A stretch of DNA of 64,000 bases from Macrostomum hystrix (Eukaryota > Animalia > Platyhelminthes). The notes beneath the pieces were generated by a model, which saw nothing but the letters and a program-made list of their open reading frames with translations, ran no database searches and was not told the DNA's origin. Location of the stretch: the NCBI GenBank assembly GCA_950097015.1, contig CATNEN010000024.1, positions 6,200,001-6,264,000 of the forward strand, read 5' to 3'. Every line of letters starts with the position of its first letter. Within the stretch, counting starts at the first letter, position 1. Positions 1 through 9,627 of the stretch are shown one piece after another. The position numbers were made by a program, and so were the translations under genes.

Positions 1-512
1 ATGAGTTATACCTTCAGGTAGATGGGTAGTTGAAAAAAGCAATTTTTTCTTGTCAAACAACCTTCCTTACTTGTTACCATTTGTGCTATATGTGCATTGA
101 ATCCACATTGAGCACTAATTTAGGTTTGCAATAATTCAATAATTCAGTGAGGCAGCTGCATGCCAACTATGCATGCCATATTTGGTAAACAGCAACATTG
201 CACACCCATATATTTAGGCATGTACTACATAATCCAGTTGATGGTTCACTTTGCTCTATAGGCCCCTATCTGATTTTGTTCTCTCTAGTGTTTCGAAATC
301 ATAAAGCTGTGTACCTATTTATTATATATAAATTATAAATTATAGTTCATGTTGGTAATAAAAAATATATTTAAAATGTTATATAAAACTAGTTACAAAC
401 TAATTTTTGGATATATGCACTGTCTGATATTTATTTTAAAAAAATAAAATCAATAAACTTTCAAATCCTCAATGTGTTTTAATATGTCCTCAATATGATA
501 CATTAATTTTCT

Positions 513-781
513 CATAGGCGTAGGAATGGGGGGACAGTGGGGCCATGGCCCCCACTTTTTAAGTTGGGGGGCCAGTAATGAGATCTGGCCCCCCCACATT
601 TTAAATGCAAAATGTTGACTTTTTGCTTATTTTTTACTATTTTTTTACTATTTTTTACTATTTTTTACTGCAAGGGCAATATTGAAATAATAGCAATTGT
701 CATTTTTGGGATTTTTTTCGTGGAAATGGATCCTCCCCTTGGCCTTGGCCCCCCACTTTTTTAATCATTCCTACGCCTATG
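513..781. mobile_element. hAT-type MITE (269 bp)
   Basis: 16-bp perfect TIR CATAGGCGTAGGAATG (513-528) / CATTCCTACGCCTATG (766-781). Exact 8-bp TSD AATTTTCT at 505-512 and 782-789. No ORF. Confidence 0.85.
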
Positions 782-943
782 AATTTTCTTTAAATTGATT
801 AGCTGCCAATTTTGCATAACCCTCTCTCACTTTAAGTAGCTTTTGGGTTTTATAGATAAAACTGATTCACTGATCCTTATCAGTAGAGAGTAAAAATATG
901 CCCTACATGAGCCTTAAACTAGCAATGACAAAACTAACAAAAA

Positions 944-3900
944 ATGTTCTTATCAATTCTCCAGTCATCTCCAGAGTCCACCTCTTCCTCATCATCAGCA
1001 TCAGCGCTGACTGGGGCAGGTGATGCAGAGCCAAGCCATCGATCGCTGCTGTTGCAGCGCGAGAAGCAGCGTCTACTTCATCTGCTGGATGAGCGGCTTT
1101 CCCACCTGCTGGACAAGCTGGACAATGGCGGTCCCAATACTGCGCCTCACTCTGCTGCTGATGCTGCGAAATCAGCCGGTGATAAGCGAGACTTGCCAGA
1201 GAAAGAGTTTCGTCAGCGCTGCAGTCTACTCACGGAGCTGTTCGAATTGTCTCACTTTCGCACACTTCAGAATGTCTTCATCGCCCTGATGTCAGTCTAT
1301 GGCCTGAGCACTCTTGTGTGCGATACAATGGACGGCAAGTCAATTGTTGACACCCTGTCCCTGCCGCTGCTGCGTTGGGCATTTGGCGGCCTGCCAGACG
1401 CCATCGCCATCTGGATGGTGATGCACGCCGCCGTACTTCTGATGGCCTACCCAGCGTTTCATCATTTCGCTGAAACGCCGCCACGCTCCAAAGAGTGGCG
1501 GGTCGCCTGGGTGTCTCTCTATATCGCTTTTCAGGTGCGTAGCTTCTGCCTAGTGCCAGTCTTGTGCCACTTTTAGTGTCAGTCCTGTACCACTTTTAGT
1601 GTCAGTCCTGTACCACTTTTAGTGTCAGTCCTGTACCACTTTTAGTGTCAGTCCTGTACCACTTTTAGTGTCAGTCCTGTACCACTTTTAGTGCCAGTCC
1701 TGTACCACTTTTAGTGTCAGTCCTGTAGTACTTTTAGCGTCAGTCCTGTACCACTCTTAGTGTCAGTCCTGTACCACTTTTAGTGTCAGTCCTGTACCAC
1801 TTTTATTTCCAGTTCTGCACCAATTTTAGTGCCAAGCCTGTACCACTTTTAAAGCCAGTCCTGTAGTACTTTTAGTGCCAGTCCTGTAGTACTTTTAGTG
1901 CCAGTCCTGTAGTACTTTTAGTGCCAGTCCTGTAGTACTTTTAGTGCCAGTCCTGTAGTACTTTTAGTGCCAGCCCTGTAGTACTTTTAGTGCCAGTCCT
2001 GTAGTACATTTAGTGCTAGTCCTGTAGTACATTTAGTGCCAGTCCTGTAGTACTTTTAGTGCCAGTCCTGTAGTACATTTAGTGCTAGTCCTGTAGTACT
2101 TTTAGTGCCAGTCCTGTAGTACTTTTAGTGCCAGTCCTGTAGTACTTTTAGTGCCAGTCCTGTACCACTTTTTTTGCCAGTCCTGTACCACTTTAGTGCC
2201 AGTCCTGTACAATTTTTATAGCGAGTCCTTTCAAGTGCCATTTTTTGTCAGTCTTTTCTTTCTTTCAAATAGGATCGTGTGCCATATTTTGGTTTGCTTT
2301 TTACGTCACTTTATTGTTTTTTAGCTTTACTTCTTTGCTGGGATTATTAAAGAACTATTAAACTATTTCTGTTCCTCAGGTCGCCTTCCTGGTGTTCCCG
2401 CTGCGCTCCCTGCTGGCCGCTGCGCTGCCCCCAGCCTCCGCGCTGATTGTGCTCACTGAGCAGTCGCGCCTAATGATGAAGCTGCACGCCTTTGTCTGGG
2501 AGAGCTCCAAGCGCGGCGGACCCTGTCCGAGTTTTGGTCACTTCCTATACTTTCTGTTCGCGCCCACACTTGTCTACAGGGACGCCTACCCGCAGGATCG
2601 GCCTACCAGGTCCTTAGCGCTTCGATCTGGCTGCTGTCTGTACACAATAAATCCCACACTACCCCGCTCTGGCCATTCTCAACGTAAACAAGCACCTACC
2701 ACCCCATTTTGGCCATTCTCAACTTTCACAAGCACCCACCACCCCTATTTAGCTCTTCTCAATGTACACAAGCACCCACCACCACTATTTAGCTACACTC
2801 AATGTACATAAGCACCCACCAACCCCTATTAGGCCATTCTCAACGCACACAAGCACACACCACCCCATTTTGGCCATGTTTAATGTACATAACCACCATT
2901 CTGGCCCTTCTCAATGTACTCAAGGCCCTCCAACTCATTCCAATATATACGAGGTATAACACGCATATTTTTTGTGGATTCAGGTGGCGCTACGTGGCCT
3001 CTAACCTAGGCCAGGTGGCCGGCTGCGCCCTATTCGCCCACCTGCTGCTGGTCCGCTACTGCCTGCCTGTGTTCTCTCATTGGCGCCGGCCCAGTCTGGC
3101 GCACTTTGTTCACACCGTGTTTCAGTCCGCTCTACCCGGCGGCCTAGTATTGTTGTTAGCCTTCTTTGCCGTGCTGCATTCCTGGCTGAACGCATTCGCC
3201 GAGATGCTCCGCTTCGGCGATAGACAATTTTATCGCGACTGGTGGAATGTGACGTCCTTTCGCAGCTGGTACAGGTGAGTGCCTTGCCTTAGTGTCTGTA
3301 AATCTACTGTCCAAGTGTCTGTATATCTGCTGTCCAAGTGTCTGTATATCTGCTGTCCAAGTGTCTGTATATCTGCTGTCCGAGTGTCTGTATATCTGCT
3401 GTCCAAGTGTCTGTATATCTGCTGTCCGTGTGTCTGTATATCTGCTGTCCAAGTGTCTGTATATCTACTGTCCAAGTGTCTGTATATCTACTGTCCGAGT
3501 GTCTGTATATCTACTGTCCAAGTGTCTGTATATCTACTGTCCAAGTGTCTGTATATCTACTGTCCGAGTGTCTGTAAATCTGTTGTCCAAGTGTCTGTAT
3601 ATCTACTGTCCTAGTGTCTGTATATCTACTGTCCTAGTGTCTGTATATCTACTGTCCTAGTGTCTGTATATCTACTGTCCAAGTGTCTGTATATCTGCTG
3701 TCCAAGTGTCTGTATATCTACTGTCCAAATGTCTGTATATCTACTGTCCTAGTGTCTGTATATCTACTGTCCAAGTGTCTGTATATCTACTGTCCAAATG
3801 TCTGTATATCTACTGTCCAAGTGTCTGTATATCTACTGTCCTAGTGTCTGTATATCTACTGTCCGAGTGTCTGTATATCTACTGTCCAAGTGTCTGTATA

Positions 3901-4383
3901 TCTACTGTCCTAGTGTCTGTATATCTACTGTCCAAGTGTCTGTATATCTACAACCAGTTCTTGCAACGTTGAATTGCCCTGAATCCTCGCAGAACCTGGA
4001 ACACAGTGGTGCACGACTGGCTCTATGCCTACGTGTACAGGGAGCTGAGCCTCTTCCAGGGCAAGCGGTCCAGCCCGCTAGCCACCGGCCTAGTGTTCCT
4101 GCTCTCCTCCCTGTTCCATGAGTACATCCTGGCCTTCAGTCTTGGCTTCTTCTTTCCGGCTTTATTTGTCTTCTTCTGCGGCGCCGGCTTCGGCCTGATG
4201 TTCGCCAACGGCCGGTCCAGATTCTGGTCCGTGTTTGTCTGGGCCAGCCTGTTCCTGGGCATGGGCGCTCTCATGTGCCTCTACAGCATGGAGTGGTTCG
4301 CCCGACGGAACTGCCCCACAGCTTATCCGGGCCGGCCAGTGCTGGATTTCCTGGTGCCGCGCTCATTCACCTGCCCGCTGTGA
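944..4383 (+). CDS. SOAT1: Sterol O-acyltransferase (ACAT, MBOAT family), about 500 aa; join(944..1534,2380..2609,2984..3274,3993..4383)
   Basis: GT-AG introns with consistent phases give one open frame. Family motifs FLFAPTLVYRDAYP, FGDRQFYRDWWN, RTWNTVVHDWLY and FHEY (catalytic His) are present, with a hydrophobic multi-TM character. Confidence 0.93.
1550..2212. repeat. 23-bp minisatellite in SOAT intron 1
   Basis: Tandem TTTTAGTG(T/C)CAGTCCTGTA(CC/GT)AC units. Confidence 0.92.
2655..2925. repeat. Degenerate ~40-bp tandem repeat in SOAT intron 2
   Basis: About 6 diverged copies of GGCCATTCTCAAC...CACAAGCACCCACCACCCCTATTT. Confidence 0.75.
3290..3950. repeat. 23-bp minisatellite in SOAT intron 3
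   Basis: Tandem GTGTCTGTATATCTACTGTCCAA units. These explain the overlapping repetitive ORFs here. Confidence 0.93.
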
Positions 4384-4640
4384 AATTAGATTTTTTGTTA
4401 ACTCAGTTAACAGTAATAAGACCAAGGGGGTATTTCAAATGCTTACGTTTCTTCTAACAAAATATTCAAAAATGGCCATGAAAGCCCAGAACACATCTTA
4501 AATTTTCCGCTCTTTTCGATTAGGCCAAATCAAGAATCACAAACATCGGCATCGTCGAGATATTGAACGAGTTTCGTCGGGCTGTCTGGTGGTAAAAACC
4601 GGCAATAGAGACAAAATTTTTCTGCTCACAAAATGTCATA

Positions 4641-5207
4641 ATGGAACTATGGAAATTTACCCCCCCTGAAAATGTTTTTGCCAGCGCCTGAATGCTTTGG
4701 GGGTGACTGATTGGTTGACAGACTAGTCGAGGGTGTCCTGTGGTTGAGCTGCGCCTAACAGTTAGGCTTTAACAGTGAAATTGGAGAAATTCGCGTCAGG
4801 GTGTCCATAGTGGCCTAGTTCCACCTGTTGTAGCTCTTGAAGGTCTAGATAGATAAGAGAGATAGATCTAGATAAAGGTAGGTGACCGCCGAAGTCGGAG
4901 ATGATGCAGACACATTCGGGTGACATGCTGATAAAGTTTGAAGGTCTAGAAAGGCCGCACTGAGGCGCAGTGCAAATTCGTGTATAGGGGTGTATGAAAT
5001 ACACTAGCTCTTATGGGAAAAATCGGACCTTCGGCCAGAAACATTGAACATCTCGTCGGTCCGAAGAGCTGGCGACTTGCTTCTTGTTTCAGAAGATGCG
5101 CAACAAAAAGTTGACCCGTGTTCTTGAGTTTCGTGTGCCTTCATTGTTCCGTTCTGGTGCAGCAAAAAAATTGTCAGGGGGGGAATTCCCCCCCTTGGTA
5201 GTTCTAC
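4641..5207. mobile_element. Non-autonomous TIR element, copy 1
   Basis: Homologous over about 500 bp to 6047-6585. Right end CCCCCCTTGGTAGTTCTAC is the reverse complement of the left end of copy 2. A degenerate left TIR lies near 4641-4690. Confidence 0.6.
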
Positions 5208-6046
5208 AGTTAAAATATAATTTTGTGAAAGCACTTAGGTCTAGTTGGGCCAGATGCGCCGCCTGTTGCTAAGGGGTCTTAGTCCGACCCAGACACAATT
5301 ATTTGCTTTTTTATGCTGTCGCTATTATTTCGAACTTGTGGTTATTTTATTCTACACTACTCGTCGGTAATGTGTAATATAGGTTCAAGTGCTCGTACGG
5401 TAGAAAATTTGCGGCATTATTTTTAATTCCTCAATACCACATCATTTTCTTAGATTAATTCAGACATTTCGAGGCTGAATTGTTACATTTTTACGAAAAA
5501 ATGATCCTTGATTTTAGAGTTTCTTTTCCCATCCCTTTTGTTTAGTTCTTACAGTTTTTAGATGCCTTCGTTTTCTAGAGAAGTTAGTATTTTCACTATT
5601 CTTATAAATGTATATTGTGCGGTAATTCTGACTTGAATGCTTTTAACCCGTGCCTAATTTCATATTGCTCTTTCAATAATCAATATTTGTCATTTGTGTG
5701 TTGCTATGGCAATATGCATTCCTAGTCCGAAGTCTTTTAAAAAACTCGGTTGGCTTTTTATTTCACTTTGAACAAAGGACTATTTTTTATCAATAAAACA
5801 TCGATTTTTAATAAAAATAAAAGTATATATATTTAGTTTTAGGAGACATTTACGTTTCAGACGACTTTTAATTTACTCCATTACAACAAATACATTTAAC
5901 TTATATTATGAACTTCGAGTTGGTAGTATTTACGCTCATAAAATTTTGAAGGCTAAGCTCTTGTTTTTGTTTCAGGTAGACTTCAAAATTGAGATCTTGA
6001 GATGCCAAACACTTTATAGCTCGTAAATTTACAATTGATATTGTCA

Positions 6047-6585
6047 GTAGAACTACCAAGGGGGGCAGCGAGCTGGAGGCACCCTGCTGACGGTGCTGAC
6101 AGCGTTGGGGTGGTGACTGATTAGTTGACAGACTAGGCGAGGGTCCTAAGGTTGAGCTTAGCCCAATATTGAGGCTTGATCAGCGAAATGGGAGAAATTT
6201 ACATCAATGTGTCCATATTCGGCTGGTGCCACTTGTTGAAGGTCCAGCAGCTCCGTCTAGGTAAAGGTCGTTGACCACCGAAGTCTGAGATAATGCAGGC
6301 ACATTCGGGTGACGTGCTGATAAAGTTTGAAGGCTTGGCAAGGCCGCGCTGAGGCGCAGTGCAAATTCGTGTATAGGGGTGTATGAAATACACTAGCTCT
6401 TTTGGGAAAATTAGACATTCGACCAGACCCGGTTGATATCTCGACGATCCGAAGGGCTGACGACTTGTTTCTTGTTTCAGAAGATGCGCAACAAAAAGTT
6501 GATCCGTGTTCTTGAGTTTCGTGTGCTTGCGTTGCTCCATTCGAGTGCAGCAAAAATGATAGTCATGGGGAATTCCCCCTTAGTA
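6047..6585. mobile_element. Non-autonomous TIR element, copy 2
   Basis: Starts GTAGAACTACCAAGGGGGG, shares a ~50-bp identical core with copy 1, and ends in a GGGGAATTCCCC palindrome as copy 1 does. Confidence 0.6.
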
Positions 6586-7177
6586 AAACGGGCGGCAAAT
6601 AGGTAGTCCTACTGTTTAGCTTTCTACATTCTTTCCAAACGTTTGCTCAATAAAAAATGAATTATTTTCATTTATATTGCAATAACCACGGCAACGATTA
6701 AAAGTAACGAAGATGAACTGTTAGTAAGATTTTTTAGTATATTGAACTAGCAGATCTCGCCCCTTTCTAAAAATAGCCTGAAATGGATCCCTGACTATCT
6801 AATAGAAATGTTCAGGGAACTTCTTTTCATAGACAGCAAGCATATTAAAAATAATTTCATCACCCGTCATGATAATCAGGTTAGATGGTAACAGTTTGAT
6901 TTCTAAACAGCTAACGCCGAAAAGAAAGAATCTCTTGATCCAGATGAACTGCGTTAGGTGGCAACAATCAAAAGTTAATTCGCACAAGTGTATTTCTCAT
7001 ATTAACGTGTCGGCAATTCGCTTTTAACTTTGAAAGCTGAACACCTTGCTGCACTACCAAGCTCTCAGATGAGCGTCCGGTGTAGAGACATTTAGGGATT
7101 TGGATCGAATTGCAGTCCTTTGCATGTTAAACACCCATGAAAAATTGGATTCATGGATTGGATTGGAGTCAACAGCT

Positions 7178-7684
7178 TTATTTACCCCAGCCGGGAGCGC
7201 GCTTACCCCAGCCAGGAGCGCGCTTGCCCCATCCGGGAGCGCGCTTACCCCATCCGGGAGCGCGCTTACCCCAGCCAGGAGCGCGCTTACCCCAACCAGG
7301 AGCGCGCTTGCCCCAGCCAGGAGCGCGCTTGCCCCAGCCAGGAGCGCGCTTGCCCCATCCAGGAGCGCGCTTGCCCCAGCCAGGAGCGCGCTTGCCCCAG
7401 CCAGGAGCGCGCTTGCCCCAGCCAGGAGCGCGCTTGTCAACCATGACTTCATCTGCAGCATCCAGGGTGAAGTCATTGTCCATAGAAGAGTTCTCGAGAT
7501 CGTCAGCGACAGCAGCGGTCGCCTCATTCTCGTTGGCGTCACCGTCCTGCTTGCCCCAGCCGCGCCTGTCGAGCACCGTGTCGGCGACACCTGCTGTCGC
7601 GGGCGCGGTGGCGGAGACGGCAGCTGAGATGACGGCTGCCACAATGAGAAGCAGCATCAGCAGTCGACTAATCGCGGCTGTCAT
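7178..7684 (-). CDS. APGWamide (cerebral peptide) neuropeptide precursor, 168 aa
   Basis: ATG and hydrophobic signal peptide (MTAAISRLLMLLLIVAAVISAAVSA), an acidic spacer, then 12 APGW-G-K(R) copies with dibasic sites and amide-donor Gly. One extra RR-GW-GK motif. Confidence 0.95.
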   Translation of the reverse strand: MTAAISRLLMLLLIVAAVISAAVSATAPATAGVADTVLDRRGWGKQDGDANENEATAAVADDLENSSMDNDFTLDAADEVMVDKRAPGWGKRAPGWGKRAPGWGKRAPGWGKRAPGWGKRAPGWGKRAPGWGKRAPGWGKRAPGWGKRAPGWGKRAPGWGKRAPGWGK

Positions 7685-7710
7685 TGAACTCGGTATTGGC
7701 TCTTTTGGGT

Positions 7711-7902
7711 CTGGGATGGCGTTGCAAATATGATTACAAAGTTAGCATGACAACAGCGCACGATATATTCGCATGAACACTGACTCACCCTTAGTTTAGC
7801 CTGCACGGTGCAGTGAGATGCTGCTCACTGATGCTGAGTGAAGCTCCTACAGTCCGAGGTGAAGAGGAGGCTTTTGGGAAAGTCGTCAGCATATTTATAC
7901 CT
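7711..7902 (-). promoter_or_regulatory. APGWamide core promoter and 78-bp 5'UTR intron
   Basis: Minus strand: TATAAATA at 7892-7899, donor GTGAGT at 7788, branch CTAAC near 7745, acceptor TCCCAG at 7711. Confidence 0.6.
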
Positions 7903-8292
7903 CAATAGCTGCGCCCCTTCGCTCAGCCAGTCTCTAAGCTGTGAATAAATCCGATTCATCTGTGCTGCAGCGTGTTTGTCGGCCTGTCAAGTAAGTCGAG
8001 TTCGGCCCTCCTGGGCACTGACCCATCCCCTGAAAGATTAGGGACAGCTGCCGCATTTTCCTTTCAGTTGTCGCTAATTAAAAGTCATGCAAACTGCGAG
8101 ATTTGTGGATTACCAACTAAGCAAAGGTGGGACAACCGGTGCCACCTCTTGCTTGATTAAATTTGGATTTAGCTTTCTCTGGCATACATCGGATTTGCCC
8201 AGCTACACGCGAGCTTGTCATGCTGACGACTGTCTTGATGAAAATCGACTGCCAGAAACTGACGACGACGCCTTGTTGATACAGAATCCGAA

Positions 8293-8300
8293 TGACGTCA
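8293..8300. promoter_or_regulatory. Perfect CRE palindrome upstream of the APGWamide gene
   Basis: TGACGTCA about 400 bp upstream of the TATA box. Function is inferred only. Confidence 0.3.
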
Positions 8301-8575
8301 GGCCGCGCTGTCTGTCAACGCTTCGGTGTGAAACAGCCGTCTGCAATGGTTAATATAGATGTGATTTGCAACACGTTTTGACATGTCAAGAGACCTTCGT
8401 GACCTGCCCCCCGTTAGAAAACAGTGCGATATTCTTTTAAATGCAGAACTTAATATTCAGCTAACGCAAAATATGCCTAATTCGCTGAGTTGTAAAAATT
8501 TATGAAGCATGGAAATTAGACACGGACGTGCAATAAATTTACTTAATTTTGTCAATTGACTGAAACACTCTTTTA

Positions 8576-9268
8576 CGAGGGGTGTCCAAAAAATAGTTAT
8601 ACTTTTGGCTATAGATCTTCACTGCATGCTTGAAATGCAATGAGTTTGGTGGCATTTGAAAGTGGAAGGTTTCATTTGACTGAAATATGACGAAATTCGA
8701 ACTACTCAACAAGTTACAACAATATAAACATAGAACAAGGTCCGCCATAGAGTTACAATGAAATCCACAATGCGCAACAGGTCAGCAGGAGTTCCGCAAT
8801 CAGCATCATCATCATCATCTGGCAGGGAAGTTTTTCAGCATAGTTACCACCAGATATCAACACTGACAGCATGATCTTCTGACAGTGTGAGTCTCAGATC
8901 AGGCATGAGGAGCTATGGGACTCATCGGGCACTCGGTTTCACGAAGTCCATGCTGCGCATGGTCAGGCAGAGATGAATTGTTGATGTCGGGGTGTCGAGT
9001 CTATCCGCCATCTCGCGAATTGTCAGCCTTCAGTCTTCTTCCAGGAGGTCCGGAATCCGGTCAGCCATGCTTCTGAACCTGGTGCCAATCATCTTGCTGA
9101 CCTGTGCAAGTCAGCCACATTTTGTCCTTCCCGACTTAAAATTTTCGATCCAGCGCTACACCGTCACACGGTGGATCTCCGCTTTCCAATGACACCAAAC
9201 TCATTGAATCTAAAGCATGCAGTGAATATCTAGAGCCAAAAGTATCACTACTTTTTGGACACCCCTCG
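8576..9268 (-). mobile_element. Internally deleted mariner/Tc1 element with transposase relic
   Basis: TA-flanked termini CGAGGGGTGTCCAAAAA and an inverted repeat of about 95 bp. Minus-strand relic reads TV*RWIENFKSGRT ... ED*RLTIREMADRL..STIH...KPSAR*VP (mariner HTH and WVPxxL linker) with stop codons. Confidence 0.88.
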
Positions 9269-9627
9269 TAAATAAGAATACAGAAACATGCAAGACACTT
9301 GCTCGCCTGTTAGTTCTATTGTCAACCGTTTCAATAGCTGTCCAGTCTTATTGCCTGCTTTAGAAATGTATAGCAGGCCGGTTTGTTTGTGCAAATGTGC
9401 CATGCAAGGTGGTAGCTAACAAGGTGGAATTGAAACTCATGTTTATTTTTGCATAAAAAATGCTTCTTTTAAATCTCTGCTACACTTGACCAACAAATGA
9501 GAAGTGTCTCCCTTATGAAGTTGCTATTCTTTGATGCTTGCCGCTCTGTAGAACTCAACTATAAAGGAAGGCTCCTCTAAAGGATTAGTGCTGCGAATAT
9601 TGAAAGCATATCTCTGGCGTTGGCAAA

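Noticed and set aside
907-1023. Out-of-frame uORF overlapping the SOAT start
   Set aside because: The transcription start is unknown, so these ATGs may not be in the mRNA.
6199-6553. Kinase-like (KPSN...ISDFG) or ADP-ribosyltransferase-like (FISTS) words in minus-strand ORFs
   Set aside because: The second copy has a stop and an indel in the same frame, there is no HRD or other supporting motif, and the region behaves as a TIR element.
7054-7733. Alternative-frame ORFs overlapping the APGWamide repeat
   Set aside because: Shadows of the 21-bp coding repeat. Only the APGW frame has a signal peptide and purely silent variation.
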